From positions 3,104,001-3,168,000 of the forward strand of contig OZ219747.1 of NCBI GenBank assembly GCA_964291265.2: 64,000 nt of DNA, in the 5' to 3' direction. Of this stretch, positions 50,625 to 60,766 are shown piece after piece. The translations under genes and the position numbers were made by a program. The notes below the pieces were generated by a model. That model did no database searches. It was not told where the DNA came from and worked only from the letters and a program-made list of their open reading frames with translations. This DNA comes from Alphaproteobacteria bacterium (GTDB taxonomy: Bacteria > Pseudomonadota > Alphaproteobacteria > SP197). Each line of letters opens with the position of its first letter. Position 1 is the stretch's first letter.

Positions 50625-51625
50625 CGACCCTCCACGAACGTTCCCTCATCATCGATGGTCTCAACTTCCACGGCGACGGCGATCCGGGTGTGCTGCGCCG
50701 CGCCGGGGTGACGGCGGTCAACATGACGGTGGGCCATTTCGAGGCTGATTTCGAGGAGGCCATGGACGGCATGGCGCGCTGGCTTGCCGTACTCGCGAAA
50801 CCCGATTCGGGCTGGCGCCTGGTGAAGAGGGCAGCGGACATCGAGGCCTGCCACGCGGACGACACCACCGGCCTCATCATGGGCTGGCAGAATCTCCGTC
50901 CCGTCGGCGGCAGGCTCGAGCGCCTGGTGATGCTCCACGAACTAGGTCTGCGCGTGGCCCAGCTCACCTACAATCGCCGCACTCTCCTGGGTGACGGGTG
51001 TCTCGAACCGGAGGATCGGGGTCTGACGACCAAGGGCCGCGATGTCATCGCGACGATGAACTCCCTTGGCATGGCGATCGATCTTTCCCATGTCGGCCAG
51101 AAGACGTCCGTCGAGGCGGCCACGGCGTCGACAAGGCCTGTCCTCGCCACTCACGCAAACGCCCGCTCGGTCACGCCGGCCCTGCGGAACAAGTCCGACG
51201 ACGCCATTCGGGCGATCGCGGAATCGGGTGGTGTCATCGGCATCAGCATCTATGGACCGATGTGCTGGGACGGCGACAACCGGCGTCACCCGTCGCTGGA
51301 TGACTTCCTGCGCCATCTCGATCATGTCGTGGCCCTCGTCGGGATCGACCACGTCGGCATCGGGACCGACCTGCCGGCAGTGGCCGACAGCAATGCGGTG
51401 AACCACATCACCGCCTTCACCCTGGAGAACTATCCGGCTGCCATCAGGGCCTATGCCGAGGCCTTCAGCAACCGTATCGAGGACCGCTACCTTGCCGACT
51501 GCCGCAGCCACGGTGACCTGCAGCGAATCACCGACCGCCTTCTCCGATGTGGCTGGGACGAGACCGACATCGCCGGGCTCCTCGGCGGCAACTTCCTCAG
51601 GGCCTTTCGCGCCAACTGGGGATGA
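50621..51625 (+). CDS. Membrane dipeptidase (peptidase M19) family protein
   Basis: QLTYN, GDGC.E, IDLSH, THAN, RNKSD, HVGIGTD, LGGNFLR. Confidence 0.9.
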   Translation: MTTLHERSLIIDGLNFHGDGDPGVLRRAGVTAVNMTVGHFEADFEEAMDGMARWLAVLAKPDSGWRLVKRAADIEACHADDTTGLIMGWQNLRPVGGRLERLVMLHELGLRVAQLTYNRRTLLGDGCLEPEDRGLTTKGRDVIATMNSLGMAIDLSHVGQKTSVEAATASTRPVLATHANARSVTPALRNKSDDAIRAIAESGGVIGISIYGPMCWDGDNRRHPSLDDFLRHLDHVVALVGIDHVGIGTDLPAVADSNAVNHITAFTLENYPAAIRAYAEAFSNRIEDRYLADCRSHGDLQRITDRLLRCGWDETDIAGLLGGNFLRAFRANWG

Positions 51626-51647
51626 GCCGGGGGTTCTTCGCCCCGGC
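51626..51647. terminator. GC-rich hairpin between convergent genes
   Basis: GCCGGGG-gttcttcg-CCCCGGC immediately after the dipeptidase stop; no clear U-tract. Confidence 0.45.
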
Positions 51648-51661
51648 ATGGGCATTTCGGG

Positions 51662-52342
51662 TCAGGGGTCGTCCCGGTGGCTGTCGAGGGTCGCGATCAG
51701 GTTGTCCAGCAAGGGCCCGCTGATCGGGCGGGCGTGAACCAGGTCGAAGAGGCGTCGCGTCGCCGGCATGGTGTCGAGGATGTCGAGGGTCCTGTCGAAG
51801 CCGTAACAGGCCCAGACGCCGAGATGGAGATCCAGCAGACTGAGCCGGTCGCCGAGATGGTAGGGTCCATGCGCTTCCAGCCAGTCCTCGAGGACCTGCC
51901 AGCGTTCCGCCGCCATCGCCTGTGAGTGCTCGCGAAAGGCCTGGGCGTCCTCGTCCCTCAGCGCCCAGCGACGGGGATAGTAGCAATGCTTGAGTGCCGG
52001 CTGGATATCGTTGGTGAAATAGAAGAGCTTGGAAAGGAAGAGGCCGCGCAACGGGTCTGTCGGCAGGGGCGCCATTTCCTCGATTGCGTGCCTGTCCGCC
52101 AGCCACAGGCAGATGGCGGCGGCTTCGTGCAACACGGTTCCCTCCGGAGTGATCAGGGCTGGCACGTAACCGGCAGGATTGATGGCGCGAAACGCTTCGC
52201 TGCGGTGTTCCCGGGCCGCGATGTCGACATTGCGCAGTTCATAGGCGAGCGAGGATTCTTCCAGCACCATCTGAACCGCCAGCGCCCGGGTCAGGTTGCC
52301 GCCATAGAGAGTGTACAAGGTTCCTACTCCCTTGGTGTCCAC
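51662..52342 (-). CDS. Glutathione S-transferase family protein
   Basis: FRAINPAGYVPAL, EAAAICLWLADRH, PYHLGDRLSLLDL. Confidence 0.9.
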   Translation of the reverse strand: MDTKGVGTLYTLYGGNLTRALAVQMVLEESSLAYELRNVDIAAREHRSEAFRAINPAGYVPALITPEGTVLHEAAAICLWLADRHAIEEMAPLPTDPLRGLFLSKLFYFTNDIQPALKHCYYPRRWALRDEDAQAFREHSQAMAAERWQVLEDWLEAHGPYHLGDRLSLLDLHLGVWACYGFDRTLDILDTMPATRRLFDLVHARPISGPLLDNLIATLDSHRDDP

Positions 52343-53127
52343 GCACCGAGCAGTTTCGGAAGATCGCCGAATCGGGCGACGAGGCTGAAGACGACGACGG
52401 CGAACAGGATGAACATCACGGAAACGGCAGCGATGATCGGCGAGTAGCCGGACCTCAGGCTGGCAAGAAGCTGCACCGGCAGGGTGATGGTGGCGTGTTG
52501 TCCGAGGAAGAACGAGATGATGTACTCGTTCATCGACAGCACGACGACGAAGGCGTATCCCGCCACCATGTAGGGCAGCACCATGGGAAGGATGATGGTT
52601 GTGAAGACGCGTCGCGAATCCGCTCCCATCGTGCGCGCCGCCTCGAGTATCTCGTCATCGATGGATTCCAGGCCAAGGGAGATCATCACCAGAGGCAGGG
52701 TCACCAGGAAGACGCCGTGGCCGATCATGATGTTCCAGATCTGCCCGACATGCCCCACCTCTACCCAGAAGATCAGCATGCCAAGCGCCGTGATCACGGG
52801 CGGCAGAGCGAAGGGAACGATCCCCGCGAGGAAAAGGGCCTTAGCGTAGAGCACCCTGTGGCGCCACAGGAAATAGGCGATCGGCAAGGCGATCGAAATG
52901 GCGATGACGCCCGCGGAAACGGCGATGATCACGCTTGTGGTCAGGGCCTCCAGCCACTTGTTGGTTTCGAATATCGCCGGGTACCACTGCAGGGAGAGCC
53001 CCTTGGGCGGAAAGAACATGAGCTTCTTGGAGTTGAGCGATACCCCGGCAACGATGAGCAGGGGAGCGGCAAGCATGCCGAACATGACAATGATGAAGGC
53101 CGCCTTGCTCAAGCGCACCAGGCTCAT
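52324..53127 (-). CDS. ABC transporter permease (PotC-like)
   Basis: FPPKGLSLQWY, EAARTMGA (EAA loop), TLPV. Confidence 0.9.
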   Translation of the reverse strand: MSLVRLSKAAFIIVMFGMLAAPLLIVAGVSLNSKKLMFFPPKGLSLQWYPAIFETNKWLEALTTSVIIAVSAGVIAISIALPIAYFLWRHRVLYAKALFLAGIVPFALPPVITALGMLIFWVEVGHVGQIWNIMIGHGVFLVTLPLVMISLGLESIDDEILEAARTMGADSRRVFTTIILPMVLPYMVAGYAFVVVLSMNEYIISFFLGQHATITLPVQLLASLRSGYSPIIAAVSVMFILFAVVVFSLVARFGDLPKLLGAWTPRE

Positions 53128-54008
53128 GTCCGTATCACCCGGTCACCACGGCGCAGTCTGACCGTGATCAGGCTGAGAATGATCGTCACGACCATGAAGA
53201 ACATGGAGAGCGCCGCTGCGAACGGAATGTTCCCGCGATTGAGCGCCTGATTGGCGATCAGCTGGGCCATCATCGTGTCCTCGGGGCGGCCGAGCCAGGA
53301 CGGGGTGACAAAGGCCCCCATGGTGAACACGAAAAGCAGCACGAGGGCTGCCATGATCGTCCGCTCGAGGAGAGGCAGCACGATCGTCGTGAAACTCCTG
53401 AACGGCGATGCTCCCATGGTCTGCGCCGCTTCGGTCAGTTCCCGGTCGAGCCTGGTGCAGGAGGGAAACAGGATGAGAACGGCAAAGGGAATGTTGAAGA
53501 AACTCAGACCGAAGAGATTGGCCAGATATCCGGGATACCAGGAGCGCGCCCTGTCGATGATGCCGAACCACTCCACAAGACTCGGCAGACCGCTCGACCG
53601 GCTCATCACGACCGACAGGGCGTAGGCGACGATGACCTCGGAGAGCGTCAGGACGCACAGCAGGAAGACCAGCGCAACGACCTGAGGGCGCCTCCGGAAG
53701 CGACTGATGAAGTAGGTGAAGGGGACTGCTGCCGCGACCGAGAGAATGCTGGCGAGAACGGAGAACTGCACCGAGACGAGAAGGTGCGTGGTGAAGAGCG
53801 GTGAAAAGAAGCGGGCATAGTGCGTGAACTCGAAGCCCGGCTCGTAGGTCGATTCCGTCCGTGCATAGAAACTCACCACGAGCATGATGATGAAGGGAAC
53901 GAGGAAGAAGACGCCCATCATGAACGTCGGGTAGAGACCGATTGGAAAGCGTTTCAGCGGCAGCAGGAACTGCTCCCTCCAGGCAGGTCCGACAGCGGCA
54001 TCACTCAT
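53124..54008 (-). CDS. ABC transporter permease (PotB-like)
   Basis: EAAQTMGA, GAFVTPSWLG, N.PFAAAL. Confidence 0.9.
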   Translation of the reverse strand: MSDAAVGPAWREQFLLPLKRFPIGLYPTFMMGVFFLVPFIIMLVVSFYARTESTYEPGFEFTHYARFFSPLFTTHLLVSVQFSVLASILSVAAAVPFTYFISRFRRRPQVVALVFLLCVLTLSEVIVAYALSVVMSRSSGLPSLVEWFGIIDRARSWYPGYLANLFGLSFFNIPFAVLILFPSCTRLDRELTEAAQTMGASPFRSFTTIVLPLLERTIMAALVLLFVFTMGAFVTPSWLGRPEDTMMAQLIANQALNRGNIPFAAALSMFFMVVTIILSLITVRLRRGDRVIRT

Positions 54009-55060
54009 GCCTTGAGGACCACGCAACTTTCAGCCGGCAACTCGACCTTGACCCTTTGGCCCTTGTGAACGTCCGGTCTTTCCTTCGGCGTCGCCATGGC
54101 GATGATCTGCAGGCCGTCGCATTCGACGAAGGTTTCGACGCTGGCGCCCACGTCACGCACGAAGGTGACCACACCCTCGAGCTGATTGGCGCCGTCACGG
54201 CTTTCCGGATACACGTGAACGTCCTCCGGACGGACCGAGACAATGACGCTGGATCCCGCACCAAGCTGGTCCGGGACACCGCTGGTCTGGCATGGGCGCC
54301 CGGCGATGACACAGGTCGAGCCGCTGTCCAGGCGTGCCTTGATGAGATTGCTGGTGCCGATGAACTCGGCAACGAAGGCGGAAGCCGGGTTGCGGTAGAT
54401 CTGCAGAGGCGGTCCCATCTGCTGAATGCGCGCCGTCGACATGACCACCACTTCGTCCGACATGGTCATGGCTTCACGCTGGTCATGGGTCACCACGATG
54501 GTCGTGATCGCCAGGCGTTCCTGCAGCATGCGCAATTCGACCTGCATGTCCTCGCGCAGCTTGGCATCAAGCGCCGACAACGGTTCATCAAGGAGGAAGA
54601 GTTTCGGCTCCAGGTTGAGGGCCCGGGCAATGGCCACGCGTTGTCTCTGGCCACCGGAGAGCTGCGCGATGTTGCGTTCGGCGACTCCCGGCAGACGCAC
54701 CAGTTCGAGGAGTTCTTCGGCGCGCCGCTTTCGCGTCGCCTTGTCGATGCCTCTGATTCTCTGCGAGTAGGTGATGTTCTCGCCCACGGAAAGATGAGGG
54801 AACAGCGCCAGGGACTGGAACACCATGCCGATGTTCCTGTTGTGGGTTGGCCGGTCGGTCAGATCCTCGTTGTCGAGCATGATGCGTCCCGTCGTCGCCG
54901 TTTCGAGACCGGCGATCAGGCGCAGCAGGGTTGTCTTGCCGCAGCCGGAGGGACCGAGGAAGGAGACGAACCGGCCATCCGGTATCTCGAGATTGATGTC
55001 GGTGACGGCTGTGACGGACCCGAATTTCTTGGATATGTCGTTGAGCAACAGGCCACTCAT
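54005..55060 (-). CDS. ABC transporter ATP-binding protein (PotA-like)
   Basis: GPSGCGKT, LSGGQRQR, LLDEP, VTHDQ, C-terminal TOBE domain. Confidence 0.93.
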   Translation of the reverse strand: MSGLLLNDISKKFGSVTAVTDINLEIPDGRFVSFLGPSGCGKTTLLRLIAGLETATTGRIMLDNEDLTDRPTHNRNIGMVFQSLALFPHLSVGENITYSQRIRGIDKATRKRRAEELLELVRLPGVAERNIAQLSGGQRQRVAIARALNLEPKLFLLDEPLSALDAKLREDMQVELRMLQERLAITTIVVTHDQREAMTMSDEVVVMSTARIQQMGPPLQIYRNPASAFVAEFIGTSNLIKARLDSGSTCVIAGRPCQTSGVPDQLGAGSSVIVSVRPEDVHVYPESRDGANQLEGVVTFVRDVGASVETFVECDGLQIIAMATPKERPDVHKGQRVKVELPAESCVVLKA

Positions 55061-55090
55061 CAGGATCGATCCCCGGCTGGCGTTCCCTGT

Positions 55091-56443
55091 TCAAGCCTGA
55101 CCGGATTCACCGGACTTGTAAACGCCCGGCGCCGGGGGCCGCGTCTGCAGGTCGGCAAGGGCTGCATCGGCAGCATCGAGGGTCATCGCGATGTCGTCAT
55201 CGCTCAACACGGCCGGAACGAACCAGGTTCCGCGAAGCGTCACGCGCACCCCTCGGTCCTGAAGCCTCTGGATGAAGGACTCGCGCATGGGCGTGTCGGT
55301 CGCCTTGTAGTCGCGATAGTCGGCCAGGGGCGGGGTGTCGCTGAAGACGGTCGAGAAGATGGAACCAAGTCCCTGAACGTGAAGCGGAACACCTCGTCTT
55401 TGGCCGCATTCGGCAAGCCCGGCCATGAGCCGTTGGCCGTCCCGTTCCACCTTGTCGTAGATCGCGGCTCCATCGGCGGCAAGCATGTCGAGGGTGGCAA
55501 TGCCGGCGGCGATGCTTGAGGTGACGCCGTTGTAGGTGCCGCCGTGAACCGCGCCCCTGGTCACTCCTTCCATGATGGCGCCGTGTCCGGCTACTGCGGC
55601 AAGGGGGAAGCCGCTGGCCATGGCCTTGGCAAAGACGGCGACATCGGGGGTCACTCCGTACCGCTGCTGGGCGCCTCCCAGGGCGACCCGGAAACCGGTG
55701 ATGACCTCGTCAAAGATGAGCACGATCCCATGCCGGTCGCACAGGCGCCGCAGTGCCTCGAGATAGCCGGGTGCGGGTTCGATGACACCGCAGTTGCAGG
55801 CCACTGGCTCCACCACGATGGCGGCAGTTTCCGTGCCGTGGCGTGACAGGGTGTCCTCGAGTACGGCGATGTCGTTGAAGGGTTGAACGATGAGATTGTC
55901 ACGGATGTTGTCGGGCTGGCCGCTGCTCTGGGCGAGCACCTGCGGATGCTCGCGGGGTCCGGCACGGTTGAGCTCGGGAGCCACGCTGGCAAGGATGTTG
56001 TCCGCCCATCCGTGGTAGTGGCCCTCGAACTTCACCACCCTGGTACGGCCGGTGTGGTGGCGGGCAAGGCGCATGGCAATCTGGATCACCTGTGTTCCGG
56101 AGGTGTCGAATCGCACCAGTTCGGCACAGGGAACGATCCTCCTGATGCGCTGCGCCAGGGCAATCTCGTCGCCATGGACAGTGGTGAAGGCCTGTCCGGT
56201 CTCCAGGGAGGCGCGCACCGCGTCAAGCACCGGTCCGGGACTGTGGCCGAGAAATGCCGGACCGTTGCCGCTGACAAAGTCGATGTAGTGGTTGCCGTCG
56301 GCATCCCACAGATGGGGTCCTTCGCCGCGTTCGATGGCGAGTGGAACGGGGATGGGGTGATAGCGGAAGTTGCTCGACACACCTCCGGCCAGCACCGCGC
56401 ATGCCTCCCGGTATCGCGCGATCGAGGTATCGTATCGGCCCAT
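55091..56443 (-). CDS. Class III PLP aminotransferase (glutamate-1-semialdehyde aminomutase-like)
   Basis: GGVSS, KFEGHYHG, LIFDEVITGFR, FAKAMASG (PLP Lys), HGGTYNG. Confidence 0.9.
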   Translation of the reverse strand: MGRYDTSIARYREACAVLAGGVSSNFRYHPIPVPLAIERGEGPHLWDADGNHYIDFVSGNGPAFLGHSPGPVLDAVRASLETGQAFTTVHGDEIALAQRIRRIVPCAELVRFDTSGTQVIQIAMRLARHHTGRTRVVKFEGHYHGWADNILASVAPELNRAGPREHPQVLAQSSGQPDNIRDNLIVQPFNDIAVLEDTLSRHGTETAAIVVEPVACNCGVIEPAPGYLEALRRLCDRHGIVLIFDEVITGFRVALGGAQQRYGVTPDVAVFAKAMASGFPLAAVAGHGAIMEGVTRGAVHGGTYNGVTSSIAAGIATLDMLAADGAAIYDKVERDGQRLMAGLAECGQRRGVPLHVQGLGSIFSTVFSDTPPLADYRDYKATDTPMRESFIQRLQDRGVRVTLRGTWFVPAVLSDDDIAMTLDAADAALADLQTRPPAPGVYKSGESGQA

Positions 56444-56725
56444 GTCGGTCTCCTGACGATGTACCGTGCGTTCCAGGCCGGGCGGCGGCGGACCGGAAGC
56501 GCGCTCGCCTCTCTCGCCCCACCCGGGACAGTGTGTTTGTAGCCCAGGTCATGCGTCAAGCGTGGCATGGACGGAGCGCAATGGATGCCGGTTGCTCCGA
56601 GGATGCCACGCCTGGACCGGAACGTTTCGAACTTCGGACATGGCGCGAGTACACCGAGGGAATAGTCGCGGAATGTGAATGTCAGGCTCGTGCTGCAGAC
56701 CATTCGAAGAACCGGGAGGGCGGAG

Positions 56726-56900
56726 ATGCGAGCGATGCCGAACGTCAACGGCCGCGTTGTCGAAGTCGATGTCGCGGACCGCATGCCACCGCTTTTGGGT
56801 TCTTGGCGGCGAACTTGAGATGACGGTACCAGGTGTGGCACCGGCCGGCCCGGCACGCGCTCATGCCCTCGCCGACGACGGACCACGCGTCATCATGCTG
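56726..56900 (+). pseudogene. Frameshifted remnant of a [2Fe-2S] small subunit (IorA/CoxS family)
   Basis: After a GGAG RBS, segments in shifting frames read MRAMPNVNGRVVEVDVADRMPPL / WVLGGELEMT / GTRCGTG, matching the family pattern VNG..VEVD....PLLWVLR..L.LTGTK.GCG; 3' end approximate. Confidence 0.6.
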
Positions 56901-56963
56901 TCCAGGGCCCGGCATGGAGTTGTTTCTCCAGGTCGATGGCGGAAGCGCCCGTGTTCCGCGGTT

Positions 56964-57407
56964 TCATGGAAGCAGGCGCTTGATCACGCCGCTCGACGTG
57001 AGGCAGGGCCTGTCGCCGACGACGACCTCGCAGACCACGAAGCTGAATTGCCGGGTGCGCCGCACCACCCTGGTGCGTGTCTCGAGGAAGTCGCCGGCCT
57101 TGGCCCCCGCCACGAAGTTGCTGGTGGCGCTCACCGTGATGGCACCTTCAGCCGGATCGTGCCAGCGCGAGTTCATGCACAGCGCAGCATCGGCCATGGT
57201 CATCATGACTCCTCCGTGAACCCAACCGTACTCGTTGGCATGGCGTTCGTCGGCCAGGACACCGACCTCGATGCGGCCGTCGCCCATGTCGTTGTACCAG
57301 CACACTCCGATGACGCCCTCGAAGGGATCATCCGGTTCCACCGCGACAAATCCATCGGGAATCCCTGTCGGTGTGTCCATTGTCTGCTCACGTGCCGTCA
57401 TGCGCAT
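56964..57407 (-). CDS. PaaI family thioesterase
   Basis: HANEYGWVHGGVMMTMAD hotdog-fold motif. Confidence 0.88.
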   Translation of the reverse strand: MRMTAREQTMDTPTGIPDGFVAVEPDDPFEGVIGVCWYNDMGDGRIEVGVLADERHANEYGWVHGGVMMTMADAALCMNSRWHDPAEGAITVSATSNFVAGAKAGDFLETRTRVVRRTRQFSFVVCEVVVGDRPCLTSSGVIKRLLP

Positions 57408-57511
57408 TCCTTGCCGGAATCACGCCGCCGTGGTCAAGGATTCGCCGCGTTCGGGATTGGCGAATGTTCGATCACGAGGGTAGGCTCGTGGCGTCTCCCA
57501 GGGGGTCCGAC

Positions 57512-58693
57512 ATGGCGCTCGGCCAGCAAACTCTCGACCAACTCCTCGACACCCTGTCACGGTTTGTCCACGAACGCCTGATTCCGGCGGAAGCCATGGT
57601 GGATGCCGAAGACCGTATTCCGGACGACATCGTGACCGGCATGAGGGATCTCGGCCTCTTCGGCCTGACAATCCCCGAACGATACGAAGGGATGGGTCTG
57701 ACGACTGCGGAAGAGGTCGAGGTGGCGTGGACCGTCACCCACGCGGCGCCGGCCTTCCGTTCCGTTTTCGGCACCAACGTGACCATAGGCTCCCAGGGCC
57801 TCGTCATCGGCGGAACCGAACAGCAGAAGATGACCTGGTTGCCACGCATGGCGCGAGGCGAGGTTGTCGCGTCCTTCGCACTCACCGAACCCGAAGCTGG
57901 CTCCGATGCCGCATCACTGAAGACCCGGGCCGAGCGACAGGAGAATGGCTACGTGCTCAACGGTGTCAAGCGGTTCATCACCAACGCGCCGGTGGCCGAT
58001 GTCTTCACCGTGATGGCCCGCACCGGTCCGCGGAAGACCGGTACTGACGGGATCTCCGCCTTCATTGTCGATGCCTCCGGTGACGGTATCCGTCTCGGTC
58101 TTCCCTACGACAAGATGGGCCAGAAGGGAGCGCACGTGTGCGACGTCATCTTCGAAGACTGCCACGTTCCCGCCGAGGCGCTGATCGGAGGCGTCGAGGG
58201 CAGGGGTTTCATGATCGCCATGCAGGTTCTCGACCGCGGTCGCCTCCACCTCGCTGCAACCTGTTGCGGACTGGCCGACAGGATCATTGACGAGGCCCTT
58301 GATCACGCACTGGACCGCCGCCAGTTCGGCAGGCCCATCGGCGACTACCAGCTGGTTCAGGCGATGCTGGCAGACAGCCGAACCGAACACGATTCCGCCT
58401 GGGCCTTCGTGCGCGATGTGGCGCGCCGGGCAACGGCCGGCGAGCCCATCACAAGGCTCGCCTCCCAGGCGAAGTACCTCGCCAGCGAGATGGTGGGACG
58501 GGTGGCGGACCGGGCCGTGCAGATTCATGGCGGCGCCGGCTACGTCAACGAGACGGCGGTGGCCCGGCTCTACCGGGATGTTCGCCTCTACAGGCTGTAC
58601 GAGGGGACATCCGAGATACAGAAACTCGTGATTGCCCGTCACATGATGCGTGAAAGGCGGGAACTCGGGAGTTTCCCGGGTGCGGACGGATGA
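57512..58693 (+). CDS. Acyl-CoA dehydrogenase
   Basis: FALTEPEAGSDA, NGVKRFITNA, KMGQKG, RRQFG, QIHGGAGY, RLYEGTSEIQ. Confidence 0.93.
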   Translation: MALGQQTLDQLLDTLSRFVHERLIPAEAMVDAEDRIPDDIVTGMRDLGLFGLTIPERYEGMGLTTAEEVEVAWTVTHAAPAFRSVFGTNVTIGSQGLVIGGTEQQKMTWLPRMARGEVVASFALTEPEAGSDAASLKTRAERQENGYVLNGVKRFITNAPVADVFTVMARTGPRKTGTDGISAFIVDASGDGIRLGLPYDKMGQKGAHVCDVIFEDCHVPAEALIGGVEGRGFMIAMQVLDRGRLHLAATCCGLADRIIDEALDHALDRRQFGRPIGDYQLVQAMLADSRTEHDSAWAFVRDVARRATAGEPITRLASQAKYLASEMVGRVADRAVQIHGGAGYVNETAVARLYRDVRLYRLYEGTSEIQKLVIARHMMRERRELGSFPGADG

Positions 58694-58786
58694 CGGTGCG
58701 GAAGACAGCCGTACCCGGTTTCCGGCCCCGTCCGGTTCACGGTTGGCAGAGGTTGTCGTCAAGTGTCCACCAGGAAGGGCCGAGCC

Positions 58787-60766
58787 ATGCATGAACCATG
58801 TACGCAAGGAAGGCGGCTCTTCACCTTTGCGGTCATCGCCGATTCCCATGTCACCGAGGATGAGGCCGAGGCCATCGGCGGATACGATGCCGACACGGTC
58901 CTGCTCAATGTCGAGCGCTGCCGCCATGTGGTCGGGGAGATCAATCGCCGGGCTCCTGATTTCGTGGTTCACCTGGGGGACATCACGCACCCTGGACCCG
59001 GCACGCCGGCCTACCAGGAATCGGCCGACAGGTTCCATCGGGTCTTCGAGACACTCGAATGTCCGCTGCATCTCGTTCCCGGCAACCATGACATCGGCGA
59101 AAAGGCCTTTCCCGCGGACCTCCTGGCAGACCAGGATGCACGACTGACGGTCAACGATGACATGATTGCCGAGTACGAACGGCACTTTCAGTCCCAGTAC
59201 CATGCCTTCGAACACGAGGACTGCCTGTTCGTGATGATGAACGGGATGATCGTGAACTCGGGCCTTGCGGCGGAGCATCGGCAGAGGAGGTGGCTCGAAT
59301 CGCTGCTGGCCGACAGCAGCGGCCGGCGCATCTTCGTCTTCTCCCACTATCCGCCTTTCCTCTCCCATGCCGGCGAAACCGACCACTACGACGCTACCGA
59401 CGAACCGGGGCGATCATGGTTGCTCGGCCTGTTCGCACGTCATGGGGTGGAGGCGCAGTTTGCCGGTCACGTGCACAACTTCTTCTTCAACCGCCATGAC
59501 GGGACAAGCATGTATGTCCTGCCGTCAACGAGCTTTCTGCGCCACGACTACCACGAGCTCTTTCGCGTGGCGCCCGCTGACAAGCAGGGCCGTCATGACA
59601 CCGCGAAGCTTGGTTACGGCGTCGTCGACGTGCACGAAACCGGTCATCTCCTGCACGTCATCCGCACCTTCGGCCGAACGCGCGAAGCGGGCGGTGCACC
59701 TGCAGCGACTCCCGTCCATGGCCTTGGTCCGGGTCAGCGGGGCATTGGCCTCGACCTGCGCCATCCATGGTGCGAGAGCTCTCACATCCCCACGCCCTGG
59801 GGGCTCGACAGTTTCAGGCGCAAGCCCGCCCGCAACGATTATCCCCTCCTCGCCCTGTGGGAGATGGGAGTGGGTCAGTTGCGGGTGCCTCTCGACGATC
59901 TTGCCGATCCCGACAGCGGTCTGCGCCTGGCGGAACTCGCTGCGCTCGGCCACCGCTTCACCGCCTTCTCGTTTGGCCTGCCCGTCGCGGGCACGCGCGA
60001 GGCGCTTGTGGAACACGGCCACCATCTCGCCGGCTGGGAGGTCATTGCTCCGCTCCTTGCCCTGCCCGAACTGCTTCCCGGAATCGCCGCGATCAGCGGC
60101 GATGTGCCCGTTCTCTTCAACGCCTTTCGCGCGGAAAGCGGAATGTTCAGCTCCAGCCACGGCATCGGGGCCGACGAACGGGGTGTCGTGGAGAGTCTCC
60201 TCGGCCTCGATGGCGCCCGTCACATACTCGACGGCGTGGTGTTCGGCATTGACAGGACTGACTCACCGGCGAAGGCCATCGAAGCCGCGCGAGCAAGCGT
60301 CGCGGGTCTGGGTGTCAGGGCCGTCGCCCATGTCCGGTTCATCCGACGCACGCCGCAGGTGCGCGAGGAAGACTCCGGAATTGATGCGAATCGCGTGGCC
60401 GAGTCCGTCACGGCGGCCATGTGCTTCGACGATGTCGCGGTGGTGCTCGACAACTTCACCGGCATCGATCGCGGGTACCATTTCTGCGACGGACTGGTTG
60501 ATCGTCTCTACAATCCGCAAGCAGGCGCGCACATCGTGCGCAACCTCCACCGCATGCTGGGGATCGGGTGCCGGGTGAATTCGCTCACCGAGAGACCGTC
60601 GATCACGATCATGAACCTCGACGGCCCGGCCCGGGCGCTGCTGCTTCCGTCTTCCGGCATGCGCGATGTCCCGGTGCCGGAGGTCCAGGGAATCGTGCGT
60701 GATCTCGTCACGGGCGATGCCGTAGCGGAACGATTGTCGGGGCCGGCCCTGGTCCTCGACTCGTGA
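58787..60766 (+). CDS. Calcineurin-like metallophosphoesterase with a long uncharacterised C-terminal region
   Basis: ADSH, HLGD, PGNHD, FSHYP and AGHVH motifs in the first ~290 aa. Confidence 0.85.
   Translation: MHEPCTQGRRLFTFAVIADSHVTEDEAEAIGGYDADTVLLNVERCRHVVGEINRRAPDFVVHLGDITHPGPGTPAYQESADRFHRVFETLECPLHLVPGNHDIGEKAFPADLLADQDARLTVNDDMIAEYERHFQSQYHAFEHEDCLFVMMNGMIVNSGLAAEHRQRRWLESLLADSSGRRIFVFSHYPPFLSHAGETDHYDATDEPGRSWLLGLFARHGVEAQFAGHVHNFFFNRHDGTSMYVLPSTSFLRHDYHELFRVAPADKQGRHDTAKLGYGVVDVHETGHLLHVIRTFGRTREAGGAPAATPVHGLGPGQRGIGLDLRHPWCESSHIPTPWGLDSFRRKPARNDYPLLALWEMGVGQLRVPLDDLADPDSGLRLAELAALGHRFTAFSFGLPVAGTREALVEHGHHLAGWEVIAPLLALPELLPGIAAISGDVPVLFNAFRAESGMFSSSHGIGADERGVVESLLGLDGARHILDGVVFGIDRTDSPAKAIEAARASVAGLGVRAVAHVRFIRRTPQVREEDSGIDANRVAESVTAAMCFDDVAVVLDNFTGIDRGYHFCDGLVDRLYNPQAGAHIVRNLHRMLGIGCRVNSLTERPSITIMNLDGPARALLLPSSGMRDVPVPEVQGIVRDLVTGDAVAERLSGPALVLDS

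Noticed and set aside
55091-56443. Calling this gene hemL
   Set aside because: It sits in a transport/catabolic operon, and Alphaproteobacteria generally make ALA by the C4 (HemA synthase) route, so only the family is assigned.
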